Of a stretch of DNA of 64,000 nt, positions 50,501 through 63,514 are shown piece after piece. Below the pieces are notes generated by a model, which searched no databases, was not told the origin of the DNA, and saw nothing but the letters and a program-made list of their open reading frames with translations. The DNA is from Felis catus. Lineage: Eukaryota. Position 1 is the first letter of the stretch; the number at the start of each line of letters is the position of its first letter. The stretch is from positions 82,708,001-82,772,000 of the forward strand of contig NC_058374.1 of the NCBI RefSeq assembly GCF_018350175.1, in the 5' to 3' direction. Position numbers and translations under genes: made by a program.

Positions 50501-53500
50501 AGGCGGCAGCGTAGTGGAGGGGAGAACAGCCTTTACAGTCGGCCTCGTTGACACCCGCCCCAGCAGTCACCAGTGTGACTGCACACTGGTAGCTGCCATT
50601 GGCGGCTGCATAGTGCAGTGGGGTCCTGAGGAGAAAAGAATGAATAAAAGAATCAAGGGCAGACCCAAATGCAACCACACGAGCAGCCTAAAGCTGCTCT
50701 GCAATACTCTCCTCACTTAGTCTCCAAGTTGCTACCACTCCCTCCACCATTTATCTCTTTTAGGACACTCCCCGTGCCTACTGCTGCATATCGACACACC
50801 TTCCAAATTTGTCTCTCCTCCTCAAGTCAGCTCCACTGCTCAACAGCAAATTAAGACATTCAACATTCCTAAAAGGAAGGAGGATGAGGGTTAAGAGAAC
50901 GAGAGCCTCAAAGAGGAGCCACAGGCACAGGGAGGGGCTAAGGAAGGATGGCACTGGACAGCCCTTTCTGCTGTGATTGCTCTCACTGTGACAGGCAGAG
51001 AGACCTGGGCAGCAGAGAAGGGTCCAGACCCTTGCCCAGATCTCTTCTTAGCACCTGGAAGTGAGAGAACGTACCCTCCAGAAGCAGCAGCATGAAGACA
51101 GGTGCGGCCAAGGTTGTCAGGCGTATTGATGTCAAACCCAGCTGAAAGCACATGCTCGTTGCTGAGTGAAGATACAATGCTGTACAGCTGACCTGCAGGG
51201 CCAGAACAGCACAGATCCCATCTGAGGGCACTGAACAGAGTGGGAAAAGGCCTCTACTCACCCACCCGTACCCAACCCCCCAACCAGTCAGCACATACCT
51301 GAGGAAAGAAGCTTACGACAACAGTCAGAGAATCCAAAGAGAACAGCTAAATGCAGAGGGAACATGTCGTGAATGCCGCGCCTGGAGAGAAGTTGAGGGA
51401 CTCAGTCCTTAAGTCAAGGAGGGACCAGTTACAGACTTCTTTTCTGTGGCCCCCCACCAGCCTAGGAGACAGTGAGGTTCCACAAGCTTCCTTTTGCAAG
51501 CTTCTTTGTGCCTCCACGTTTGATGTGAACAGACACTACAGATCTAAGGGGCCCTGACTCACCGGGCGGTATCCGCGCCATTGGTCATGAGGGTGCTGAT
51601 GAGTAGCTCGTGTCCGTAGCGAGCAGCCACGTGCAGTGGCGTGTTCCCAAATTTGTCAGCACAATCAATCTCGCTGCCTGTGAGGGGATGCACACACACA
51701 AACTCAGGCAGACCTGAGGCTCCAGACCACTCATACCAGTCAGCTACCACACAAGTGCTCGTTATGTGCCACATCCCAAGCTAAGCATTCCACATGTGTT
51801 ATCTTGTCTGTAAGCCTCAGGGGATGGGGCATGCAGACCTGGGCCATTTCTACAGGTGCCTTGCTCAGAGCTCTCAGTGCTGATCCTGACTGGAAGATAT
51901 AGGAGGTAGACTAAGGAAAGAAAAGGGTTTCTAGGGATGAGTTCTCCGGGGGAGGGAGGAGAAGGGAGCACAAAGTCTCCCAAGTCCATACCATTCTGGA
52001 TGAGGATCTGGGAGCGGGTGAAACGACCATGGATGGCAGCCATGTGCAGAGGACTTTTCCCTTCCTTGCTCTGTGAAAACATGGCAATTTTTTTTTCAGT
52101 GCAAAGCACAGGGAATACCCTATTCCCCCCTTTGAAAGGACACATCTCTGAGGACGGAGTGGTCATATGGACATCTGCTCAGCCACACTCTCCTGGGTCC
52201 CTGACAAGGTCTGATCAACCCAGGAGGCAAGTGGACAATTCCCCAGACTTATGCAGAGGGGAAGATATGGTCAGGACCTCCAGAGCTAGGTTGCAGCCTC
52301 ATCCCTTCAGGCACCTGGTAATTGACATCAGCCCCGTTATTGACCAACAGCTCCAAGCAGAGAGCGCCATTGGTAGAGACTGCAGCNNNNNNNNNNNNNN
52401 NNNNNNNNNNNNNNNNNNNNNNNNNNNNNNNNNNNNNNNNNNNNNNNNNNNNNNNNNNNNNNNNNNNNNNNNNNNNNNNNNNNNNNNNNNNNNNNNNNNN
52501 NNNNNNNNNNNNNNNNNNNNNNNNNNTCTGGATTTTCAGGGGTACAAGTAAAGGGATAGGGAGGTATCAGTTTAAACAAAGTGGAAGCTGGCATAGATAA
52601 CCTAGAAAATCTCAGAATCCCAACAACTGCCTGAGATACCTCGTGTTCCTAACTCGATAGACTGAGGGCACTATTACTTACGGTAAGCATTATTCACCAT
52701 ATCTCACCATATCCTGCCCACCTCCCAAAACCACTCCAACAATCCCAGCACCCTCATGTCTCCATACACAGACTCTGACCTCCAACTCCATGCCCTTAGT
52801 GCCCAGCCCCAGTGCTCAGCACCCTGACCTCAGCCCCCATCCGGAGCAGGTACTTCACCACTTCAATCTGGCCACTGGCAGCAGCTGTGTGGAGAAGCCC
52901 ATAGCCCTTGCGGTCCTTGCAGCTGAGGTCCGCTCCCCGTGCCACCAGCAGTTTCAGGACCTCCAGATGCCCTAGGAAGAGAGAAGAAGCTCTCAAGGGG
53001 GTGGAGGGTGAGCTAAGACCCTGGGCGTCTCTCTCCAAAGGCTGCAATCCCCATCCCTACCTTGGGAAATCCTAAATGTCAAATTCCTACTCTTCCCATG
53101 AACCCTTTCTCACCTAGAAAAGCTGCCCAGTGCAGAGGCTGCCGCTCCTTTTTATCACAAACATTCAGGCTGGCTCCCTTGTTCAGGAGCAGGTTCACCG
53201 TCTGTATCAGAATATGAAACACACCTGTTCATGCTTTCAGTGTACCTAAGGGCAGGTACCTAAGCCAGGTTCATGCTTTCAATGTACCTAAGGGCAGAAG
53301 CCTCAGCTCCTGAAAAGGCTGAGGCACCCAAATGTCTTTGTTCTTGAACAGAACAATCTGGAGAACTAGAGGGAACAGAGAAAGCAGAGACTAAGAAGGA
53401 GATCCCAGAGAGATTTGGAAGTTTGAGGGAAACTCAAGGGAGTGTTTTCATTTGATTTGGTGGTGGTTCTTTTTTTTTAATGTGTATTTATTTAGTTTGA

Positions 53501-56500
53501 GAGTGAGAAAAAGAGAGAGAGCGCACATGCACAAGCAGGGGAGGGACAGAGAGAGAATCCCAAGCAGGCTCCATGCTGTCAGCGCAGAGCCCAATGTGGC
53601 CAGAGCCCATAGTCACAAGCCGTAAGATCATGACCTGAGCTGAAATCAAGGGTTGAATGCTTAACCGACTGAGCCACTTGGGCACCCCATGAGCTGGTGG
53701 TTCTTAAATTCTTTTGAATAATCTTCAAAAACATTTTGAAAGACATGGACACTCGCTTCAGAAAAAGGCATGTATGCAAACATTTTCCATGCAACTTCAG
53801 AGTTTATCACCCTCTTGAAGACCAAGTCAAGAATTTCAATCTAACCCGACCATTAGTTTGGTGCTTGAGCCCAAGTGTTTATATAGTCATCCAGGCTGCT
53901 TTTCCTCAGACCTGATGACCCAGAAGCAGAGGAAGATGAGTGGAAAGGGAAGCAAAGACAAAGGGAAGGCACTAGACCAGGCACAGATTAGAGCGGTCCT
54001 CACCTCTAGATGCCCACTATGCACTGCATGATGCAGGGCACTGCGCCCGCTCCTGTCAGCCACATTGAGGCTGCTCAACAGGGGTGCCAGAGCCTCAGCA
54101 CACTTCGTGGCCCGGTTGGCGGCAGCCACATGCAATGGTGTCTGCCACAGCTTGTCCCGGGCATTCACATCTGCTGAATGTGCCAGCAGCAATCCCAGCA
54201 CCTTCTGTTAAGGAGCAGGGGATAAGAAAGAAAATACAGGGGGAGCAGGAGGTAAAACAATAGTGGAGGGAAGAATAGGTCAGCCTGGCACATGTGGCCC
54301 CATCCCCCCAGCACAGAGTGTCTTCTCATTTTTCCAACATACGTAGCCTCTCAATACCTACTTCCCATCTTCTGGATCTTTCTAGAACTTAAAATTTTCC
54401 CTACCTTGCTGAGGAAAAAATACCCCTTCCTTTTCCTCAAATCACCTGGTATCGCTCCCCAACTCAGACCCTGATCAACCATATAGCTACTACCAAGCAA
54501 ATCCACAAAAGTAGAGGATGCCAATCCTTCACTATTTCTAGGAAAAATACACACTCCTGCCTTAATGCCCCGAATACCCTCCTTCAGTCCTTCCATAGGC
54601 ACCAAAATCATTTCCGTTACCTCAGTAAGTGAACAGATACTGGTTCCTCTCCAAAACCCAGGCTAAAATGTCCCTCCTAATCACAACACACCCTATTCCT
54701 GTTGGCCTTAGTCCCTCCCCCTGGTGGATGGAGCCAGGGAAGTGACCATCAAACCAAGAGGGAGGTCTCCTTTTCCTCCTGCTCTTCAAGGTTGATGGAC
54801 CCAATTGATGAGGCAAGTTTGACCCCTGTGCTGTCAACTTTGATGCTGCTTGAGAGGCAGGAAGGCAACACATCACTACCCCCAATCCCTCCATCACAAG
54901 GTAAGAAATCTCACTGCCCAGAGGGGGATCAGACTCCAAGGTGGCCCCCCAGGGAAGGATGAGTCACTCAGGCCTGGCAGCAGGGCCCCCTGCAGTCTGC
55001 CAGCCCAGTGTTAAGCTCTCCCCTGACGTCACATCAGCTGGCAACATTCAGCCCCCCCTTACCAGCCAGTTCTAGGGGTAGGAGGGAGGGGCCAAGGTCT
55101 AGTATCCTGACCTAGGGGTAGATCAGCTTGTAGGGCAGAGCTGAGGCTCTCCAATCCTTAACTTCCACCTTTAACCAACTCATCCTCTTTTGGAAGGGTG
55201 AAAGGACATAAGATGCCGATACCTCATTTCGGGAAGCAGCAGCACGATGAAGAGGGGTCAGCCACAGTGTGTCCTTAGCATTGACATTAGCACCTATGGG
55301 GATATAATTTCCTCTTTTGGTGGGAGGTAGAGAGCAAGTGGGGAAGGAAGCCAGTAATCAGGCCAGGGGATATGGATAGAGATGAAGCCTCTCCCAGACC
55401 AAACACCANNNNNNNNNNNNNNNNNNNNNNNNNNNNNNNNNNNNNNNNNNNNNNNNNNNNNNNNNNNNNNNNNNNNNNNNNNNNNNNNNNNNNNNNNNNN
55501 NNNNNNNNNNNNNNNNNNNNNNNNNNNNNNNNNNNNNNNNNNNNNNNNNNNNNNNNNNNNNNNNNNNNNNNNNNNNNNNNNNNNCTCTCTTGGTCCTGGG
55601 AAGGCAGAAAAGAGCAGTGGCTGTGACGCTGAACTATCACAGACCCCAGCCCCGGTCTTAGAGCTCCAGGCCTTTCCCCACCTCTTCCCATAGGTTCGAC
55701 AGCCTCCTAAATCCCAATCCTAAATTAAAACAAGAACCTAGGGAGGGCAGAGTCAGAGTCAGAAAGTCAGGAGTCAAGGGGTCAGGGCCAGGGGGCTGTG
55801 AGCAGTCAGTCTCCTTCTTCCAGGAGGGGTGGGGGCGCTGCAAACACTGATGGTTCAGGAGAGAACACCGTTTCTGGGCATCTTTAGCTTCACTGGTCTA
55901 TGCTTCAAGCCTGACCTGTTCTCCATCTCCAAATGTAGAGCAGGCGCCCATCCCAGGGTAGAAAGTGCTGCGGCCTCATCCTAGCCAAGGAGCCACGGAG
56001 CCGCCCCACTGTTTGGGAGGGGTCCAGAACACCAGGGCCCAGATTACTGGCTCATCATTCTCCCTGATCCCAACTCACCAGTACATTGATGTTCTCCTTC
56101 TGCGAGAGGAGGGAACGCACTTCCTCCACATCTCGGCTAAAGATGGCCTGGACCAGGGGCGGCTGCAGGGAGAACCAGCGTTCAAAGAGCGGGCCGGAGC
56201 GGAACTAGGAGTGGGGGGCTGGGGTGGGGGGACACCTGGTTTGATGAGGGGCGTCGCTGGAGGGGCTCCGCTCGGGGGTCCTGGCTGCAGGGGACTCCCG
56301 CGGTGTGTTGGCCAGTCGCCAGGCCCCCAAGGACACCGGCTTGGTTGAGGGGAGCACGGCGTGGGGCGGGGCGGGAGCCGCGGGAGCCCCGGGCTCGGGC
56401 CCAGCCTAGGCCGCACATCCCCGGGCTCGCGTGGCGGCTGCGCCGGGCTCAGGAAGGAGGAANNNNNNNNNNNNNNNNNNNNNNNNNNNNNNNNNNNNNN

Positions 56501-56594
56501 NNNNNNNNNNNNNNNNNNNNNNNNNNNNNNNNNNNNNNNNNNNNNNNNNNNNNNNNNNNNNNNNNNNNNNNNNNNNNNNNNNNNNNNNNNNNNN
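44579..56594 (-). CDS. ANKRD52: Serine/threonine-protein phosphatase 6 regulatory ankyrin repeat subunit C (~1076 aa)
   Basis: 28 coding exons. Exon 1 and the ATG are masked in N 56463-56594, so the end is an upper bound. Then 56162-56079, 55595-(55517), 55293-55223, 54204-54004, 53201-53114, 52971-52829, 52527-52315, 52070-51992, 51677-51563, 51381-51299, 51192-51075, 50868-50800, 50625-50485, 50408-50328, (49116)-49005, 48799-48728, 48450-48249, 47987-47900, 47823-47706, 47098-46879, 46657-46570, 46461-46378, 46269-46124, 45904-45822, 45623-45541, 45358-45267, 44829-44579. Repeated TPLH-AA ankyrin motifs; C-terminus [11 protein letters not shown]. Confidence 0.97.
49420..50060. mobile_element. 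L2/MIR relics in an ANKRD52 intron
   Basis: MIR-like TAGCACTTACTATGTGTCAAGCACTATTCTAAGCACTT...GAAACAGAGGCACAGAGAGGTTAAG and L2 3'-end-like CATCTAGCACAGTACTTGGTACCTAATAAG. Confidence 0.6.
53470..53688 (-). mobile_element. CanSINE in ANKRD52 intron 5
   Basis: Reverse-complement SINE; imperfect flanking repeat TGGTGGTTCTT. Confidence 0.85.
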
Positions 56595-56960
56595 GCGGCT
56601 GCGGCGGCGGCTGCGGGGAGAGCGCGGCCCCGCCTACCGGGGGGCGGGCGAGCGGGAGCCCGCAGCGCTCCCTGGCGGCCGTCCTGGGCCGGGCCGCGGG
56701 GCTCTTGCCGCGCAGACGGCTCTCGGCCTGGCGCCCTCTGCCCCGCCCTGGCGCCGGGAACGTCCCCGGCACCCTCGACTTCGCGCTCTGGTTCCCTGGC
56801 TCCCCAAGCCGCCGTGGTGTGCTCTCTGCTCCAGTCTGGAGGCCCAGGAGTTTTTCTCACAAGACCCTACCGGCAACCCGAGCCTTGGCCCTGCGGTGCC
56901 TCCCACCACAATGCCTCCGCCGGAGCTAACTCCTCCCGTCAGCGATTACATGCCCCCGAA
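56150..56960 (-). promoter_or_regulatory. ANKRD52: CpG island / ANKRD52 promoter and exon 1
   Basis: Very high GC/CpG content, GC boxes (GGGGCGGG) and a GCC-rich leader adjacent to the masked exon 1. Confidence 0.8.
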
Positions 56961-57732
56961 CCCCCCCCCCCCATAGACTTGGGGAAACAGGGGCGTGGAG
57001 ATCTGGGGATTATATATGGCAATAGCCCCAGAGAGAAGAAAGACTCGTATCTCTACTGGCAGTGACATGAGTTGGGGAGAGAGGAAGTAGCAAAAGTGCT
57101 CAAACTGCCGAGAGAAATCTCAAAACGGACTCTCCAGCTGCAGAAAATCCCCCACAAAGAAGCTGGGACAGCCGGCAGCTGAAGAAGGCCTCCAAAGCCA
57201 ACAGAAGAAGCACTTTTCGAATTCCCAATTACTCCATTGCCAGGTTAAGGTGGTAGGCCGGCTACACTTTAAAAGGCTCTACGGCTTCTCCCCAGAAAAG
57301 GGTGGGGGTGTGCTTCCCTTCCTGTATTGGAGAGGCCAGAGAACAGCCAATCAGGCAAGATCTGGATGGAGGTCCTCCCAACCCAGAAAAGGAAAAGAGG
57401 AAAGAAAAGTGATGTTGAAAAATTGGTGCCATTTAGAAAAGGTGATCCAGGGTCTTGTTCAGAGCTCAGCAACTCAATTTGTTCTAAGAGGGAATACATT
57501 TAGGAAGAAGTGTAGCAAGCTGGCCCCCTGTCAAGACAGAGATATAAAAACCCTCCTTTGCTCTCTAACAGTCTGTGCCCTTCATTGCCTTTGGTGTCTT
57601 GATTCCCAACAGAAAGATACATAAGACATTGATACCAGTGCTTTTTCCTGGAAAGAGAAACTGGGGAACAGGGAATGAGGAATGAGGGGGAAAACTACCT
57701 ATTACTATACACCTTTAATAATTTAACTTTTT

Positions 57733-58988
57733 AGGGATGCCTGAGTGTCTCAGTCAGTTGAACCTCAGACTTTAGCCGAGGTCATGATCTCACGGTTAGT
57801 GAATTTGAGCCCCACATGAGTTCCAGCCCCCTATAGGGCTCTGTGCTGACAGCTCCAGCCTGGAGCCTGGTTCAGATTTTGTGTCTCCCTCTCTCTCTGC
57901 TCTTCCCCTGCTCACATTCTCTCTCTCAATAAATAAAGATTTTTAAAAAACTTTTTTAATAAAAATAAAATAGGGGCGCCTGGGTGGCTCAGTTGGTTGA
58001 GTGTCCAACTTCAGCTCAGGTCATGATCTCACAGCTCGTGAGTTTGAACCCCATGTCGGGCTCTGTGCTGACAGCTCAGAGCCTGGAGCCTGCTTCGGAT
58101 TCTATGTCTCCCTCTCTCTCTGCCCCTAACCCACTTGCATTCTATCTCTGTCTCTGTCCTGTCAAAAATAAATAAACATTAAAATTTTTTTAATAAAATA
58201 AATTAACTTTTTATTTATTTTGAGAGAGAGAGAGCACGAGCAAGGGAGGGGCAGAGAGAGAGGGACAGAGAGAATCCCAAGCAGCTTCTGCGCTGTCAGC
58301 ATAGAGCCTGACGCAGGGCTCAAACTCATGAGCCCTGGGATCATAACCTGAGCTGAAATCAAGAGTTGGACACTTAACTGACTGAGCCATCCAGGTGCCC
58401 CTAATTTTTTTAACTTTTACCATATTGAAAATAAAATTTACAATATTACTTAAAACTTACCTCTTCCAGGAAGTATTCCCCAGTTAACAGGTTCTTTCTC
58501 TTTTGTTGGGCTTCCTTAACATTTACATATTTAATTTACACTGTAGAAGTCAGGTTTAAACTGCACATCTTTGTTGCTCATTTCACCTTTTACCTTTGAC
58601 ATACAAATGTCCAACATTTCAGAATAGATTTTAAACTCCTTCTTAGCCAAAGCCAACACAGGACTGCATATTGCTTTGGGTTTGTTTGGTTTTCTATGAA
58701 AAAAGATTTGAAGCTCTCTAAAGGCAAGGGTATACATTATTCTTTGTAGCTCTAACAGAGCAGGAACAGGCACTTAACATTTTTTTAAAAGTTTATTTAT
58801 TTATTTTGAGAGAGAGAGAGAGTGAGCAGGGAAGTTGCAGAGAGCGAGGGAGAGAGAATCCCAAGCAGACCCTCTGCACTGTCAGCACAGAGCCCTATGC
58901 AGGGCTTGATCCCACAGACTGTGAGATCATGACCTGAGCTGAAATCAAGAGTCAGATGCTTAACTGACTGAGCCTCCCAGGCACTCCT
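57733..58988. mobile_element. CanSINE cluster (+57733, +57973, -58205, -58780)
   Basis: SINE heads and tails; tail-to-tail pair at ~58190. Confidence 0.88.
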
Positions 58989-60417
58989 AGGCACTTGACC
59001 TTTGATGAGGAGGAGAAAGATGAGGCTGAAGCAATAGAAACTGAAAGTAGCTGGAGATCGGATGGGTATGTGTGTTGGGACATATTGACTTGACTATTAG
59101 ACCCTTCCAGGAAGGGCTAAGCTAGGATATGACCCAGAGGATGGGGAGGAGGGGACTATGTGGCCTCTATTGCCTGAAATAGCTCTTGGTAACCTGAGGA
59201 ATTGGAGTCAGGGGTTGAGCTGGGGTCACGTGCCTGGTTCTGGCGTGCGAGTAGAGGTGAACAAGGGAGGTTGCCAGCCGGGTTCTCTGAGCAGCTGGAA
59301 GGAGGAGGAAGGGCTACAAGAGTTATTTTTAATATTATTCAGAGCAGAGAAAGAGGATTTCCCAGTAGGGAAAAAAAGGGATATGATGTAGGTAACACAG
59401 ATACGTCCAAATTTCAGGGAGATACAAAGCCCTTCTATGAAGACAGTCCTGTGATCCAACTACTGAGTTCACATTTGGGTAACTCTACGCAGATACCTGC
59501 CTGTTTTTAAGCCTCAGTTTTCATTCTTTTAACAAATGCTGATTGAGGACTCAACCATTGTTGAATACATAGTACAGCCCCATACTAACTGGTTTGGAAG
59601 TAAAACATAGAGGGGTCTATTTTTGTGGAACTTAGAAGAACATACATATACATATGAAACAACTAGAGAATATAGGATACACGCTATTTTACATGGCATT
59701 ATGTGTTTGGAGTAATGTTCAGGGATGGGTTCAGTCAAAAGAGGGTCTTCTTAGAGGAGGTGTGTTTTGAGTTAGTACCTGAAGGAAGTTATCAATGTAG
59801 AATGACAGGGAAATGGCAGGAAATTGGTTGTTCAAGTACAAAGAATGAACTAGGAAAAGTTTAAATGGCAGTAATTAGCTAATCTAATTAGTAGGGGGAC
59901 AATAAGCAAATTGACTTGGCAGGCCTATTGTACCTTGGGGATTCTGTGGCAGTTAACTCTAAAAGAATAGTGTTAATGAGGTCACAGTTCAGTCATGTAT
60001 CCGGGTTAATTTCTGTCTTTTACCAAGCCAGATCCTTTCTCCTCACTCTATGCAGCTGTCTCACATGTGTAAGTCCTTAGTCAGAGGGAGTGGGTCGGGA
60101 CAAGGAAGCAGGGCTGGAAAGAGTAAATCTGTCCCTGAAGGTCACATGGCCATCTGAAAGTGGCTCCAGATTATCATCTTTGAACTGCAAGGAGACACTG
60201 TATCCTGGTGGTGGGGGCAGGGGTGCTGAGGGTAAAAGAAATGTTAGAAGAGAAAAAGAGGCAAGATCATTCACCAATTTTGGGCTTCATGTATATATAA
60301 TATAAAATGAAGATTAAAATACCTTCCTTATAAAATGTTAAATGAAAGCCAGGGTTCAAGGGATGGCTCCTGTTCCTTGAGATCCAGATAAAGTGGGCTC
60401 AAAATTTAAAGCAACCC

Positions 60418-61299
60418 AGAGCACCTGACTAGCTCAGTTGGTAGAGCATGTGACTCTTGATTTCAGGTTGTAAGTTTGAGCCTGATATTGGGTACAGAGA
60501 TTACTTTAAAAAATAAGATCTTAGGGGTGCCTGGGTGGCTCAGTAGGTTAAGCGACCGATTTCGGCTCGGGTCATGTTCTCACGGTTCGTGGGTTCAAGC
60601 CCCGTGTCAGGCTCTGTGCTGACAGCTCGGAGCCTGGAGCCTGCTTCAGATTCTGTGTCTCCCTCTCTCTCTACTTCTCCCCTGCTGATGCTCTGTCTCT
60701 CAAAAATAAACGTTAAAAAATAAAAAAATAAAATCTAAAAAAATTTTAAATCAATCAATATCCAGTGGAAGTCCTAAAATTAATGCCAATTAATGCAATT
60801 AATGCTCCTTTCAAGAAAGATGAGGGGCGCCTGGGTGGCGCAGTCGGTTAAGCGTCCGACTTCAGCCAGGTCACGATCTCGCGGTCCGTGAGTTCGAGCC
60901 CCACATCGGGCTCTGGGCTGATGGCTCAGAGCCTGGAGCCTGTTTCTGAGTCTGTGTCTCCCTCTCTCTCTGCCCCTCCCCTGTTCATGCTCTGTCTCTC
61001 TCTGTCCCAAAAATAAATAAACATTGAAAAAAAAATTAAAAAAAAAAAAAAAAAAGATGAGGGAGATGGAGGAATTGTATCTGTTTCCAGGCCCCTGTTT
61101 CTAGGCAAGATGTTTCTCTTCCACACCAATTAGACCCCAAAGGCAACACAGTCTTTAATTACTTTATCCTTCTTCTCCCTTTCACACAAAGTTTTCCTGA
61201 ATTTGGAAATGTGACCAAAGATTTAGAACAAAAGCAGAGGAAGGGCTTGCAGTGTAATAGCAAAAATATCTCTAAATGCAACAGCAGGCACCACCATTC

Positions 61300-61332
<33 letters not shown>

Positions 61333-61497
61333 GAGAGAGAGAGGGAATCCCAAGCAGGCTCCGCATTGTCAGGGCAGAGCCTGACGTGGAGTTCGACACC
61401 AGGATCCATCTCAGGAACCATCTCACCAACGGTGAGATCCTGACCTGAGCGAAATCAAGAGTAGGATGCTTAACGGACTGAGCCACCCAGGTGCTCC
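60418..61497. mobile_element. CanSINE cluster (+60418, +60523, young +60824, -61300)
   Basis: TSD AAAGATGAGGG around 60824-61056; TSD AGGCACCACCATTCTT around the minus-strand copy. Confidence 0.88.
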
Positions 61498-61959
61498 AGG
61501 CACCACCATTCTTAAAACACCATTCCTCTACAACACCGTGGGAGAATTTCAATGGCTTTTATACCCACTTAGATCCACTCTCTTTAATTTTCCTTTTGTT
61601 CTTCCCACTTTTATCAAGAGCATTTCCCCCCTACTGTATAGTATATATAGCAGTATAGTGACATTTCTTTGCCTGCGTGCCTACCCATGAAGCCTCATCC
61701 TTCATCACGTGCACACTTCCAGACAAAGGCGTTTTTCTCCCCTAAAATTAAGTCTGGTTCTTTCAACCTTGACTTCTTCCTATAAATATTAAAAGAGAAA
61801 ACTATACAAAGTCTTAGCCCAGGGCTTGGAAGATTAATTTCCTTTCTCAAAGACGTACAGCATAGTACTAGGCACTAGCGGCTACAAAGATGAATAGGAC
61901 TTCTAACTACGAACAAGAAAGACTATAATAAAGGCTCTAAAAGAGATGTTCAGAAGATC

Positions 61960-63060
61960 AACATATCTGCCATCGACACGCCTACGAAGTCGCTTCTGTG
62001 CTTATGTATTATCAGTTCCGTGACCACAGACAGACTCGCCAAGTAGTTTGCCTGACGACCTCGTTCCTCCTGGACATCTCTGCAGCTTCTCAAACACTTA
62101 TCCCTGCGCCCTTTCTCGCTAGAGGTGTGAAACTACATCTCCCGAAAGGCCGCGTTGTCCCCTTCCTTCCTCCCTCTCCCGGTTCCGAGTCATGGCAACG
62201 GCGTGACGTGAGGGTACTGGGAGCTGCGGGAGCAGCGGTCGCGGCTTCAGTTCTAGCCTACCCGGCCGCCCGGGCGGGAGCAGGGGCGAGAGGAGCCGCA
62301 GCCCCGGGCAGCTCCTGCGCTCGGGGACCCTGAACCCGCCCGGCGGCCCCTTCCTGCCGCTTTTCCTCCCGAGCCAGGAAGGCGCAGCGGTTGTCAGAGC
62401 TGAGAGAATAAGGGAGGGTCGCGCGCATGGCCTCGGCGGGCGCGCGGCGGCTCCCAGCCGGGACGCGCGCGGCGGCCCAGCGCTGCTGCGGCTTCGCGCT
62501 CCTCCCAGGCGCGCTCCCGGCTCCGCCCCCCGGCCCTCCGCGACGGCCGCGACCAATGAGGTGAGAGGGAGGTGAGGGCGTCTGCGCGGGTGTAAAGAGG
62601 GTCTTGTAGGGCCCCGAATTTGCACCTTGGAGGGGTGCGCTTCTGGGATGTAGGCCTGGCGTCGGGTGGCGCGGCAGCGGTCCACCTAGGAGTCTAATGT
62701 AGAACTTTGGGGAAGGTTTTTGCAAGTTATTCGCAAAGGGGAGTCCCCGGGGCGGGTTCCCAATCACTGCTTGCCTCTCGCTCGCGCCCTGGCAACACCG
62801 GGCTTGGTGAGGCCCCGGAGACTATGATACTATGATACTTTGTGAGAGTCGTAGCTTTTAGCAGTAGCATAGCCCACGCTTAAAGGCAACTGCGCTTCGC
62901 ACGCACCCCACTTTTTCCCATCTCCTCTCTCGGCACTGTCCTCAACCGCCCTCGACCTTTCGCACTCGTGACTGCCTGGCCAGAGTGCCTGGCGGGCTGC
63001 ATCAGGTGCTGGGGGAAAAACTTGTCTGGACGACCTTCCTCTGGGATGCACCGCACTTCC
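61960..63060 (+). promoter_or_regulatory. COQ10A: CpG island / COQ10A promoter
   Basis: CpG-rich. ZNF143-type ACTACATCTCCC 62132-62143, RFX half-site CATGGCAAC 62191-62199, CRE-like GTGACGTG 62203-62210. Confidence 0.75.
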
Positions 63061-63276
63061 CCTTCACCTGGGAATGGTTGAGGAACACAAAGAATCATGA
63101 CGTTGTCTCCCCTTTCCTTTTATCCTTAGATTTCTGATGTCCTGCAGCCTCTTCTTGCCCCGGGCTGCCCAGGTCTTGGTGGCTGAGGCTGGCTTACCTC
63201 CCAGGCGTTCCTTCATGGGCTTTGCTGCCCCTTTCACTAACAAGCGAAAAGCTTACTCCGAGCGTAGGATCATGGG
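62427..63276 (+). CDS. COQ10A: Coenzyme Q-binding protein COQ10 homolog A, mitochondrial (exons 1-2; continues beyond the window)
   Basis: Exon 62427-62560 [44 protein letters not shown](R), an Arg-rich, acid-free presequence. Exon 63130-63276 [53 protein letters not shown] junctions in frame. Confidence 0.93.
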
Positions 63277-63514
63277 GTGAGCATCCTCCCCTGTCCAGCA
63301 TCCCTCCACATTGCCTTCCCCTCCAAACAAATGATCCAGCTGGGGAGAGGGATGGCCAGGGATGAATCCTTCCCTCCCAGCCTTCCAACTTTCATTTCCC
63401 CCTTCTTGGTTGCTGGGCATGTCCATTAAGTGAAATGTGACTAGAACTGGGCAATATAAGACAACAGGGTATTATTTCTCTGCTGACCTTTTATTATTTT
63501 TTTAACTTAAAAAG

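Noticed and set aside
45215-52975. Plus-strand ORFs antisense to ANKRD52 exons (e.g. 46384-47028, 51937-52551)
   Set aside because: Shadow frames of real minus-strand coding exons.
56075-57065. Several 180-260 aa ORFs on both strands at the ANKRD52 promoter
   Set aside because: Stop-poor GC-rich DNA, and the ORFs are bridged artificially through an N block.
62820-62900. Possible alternative first coding exon of COQ10A (ACTATGAT duplicated; MILCESRSF*)
   Set aside because: In-frame TAG after 9 codons and no convincing GT donor; cannot be supported from sequence.
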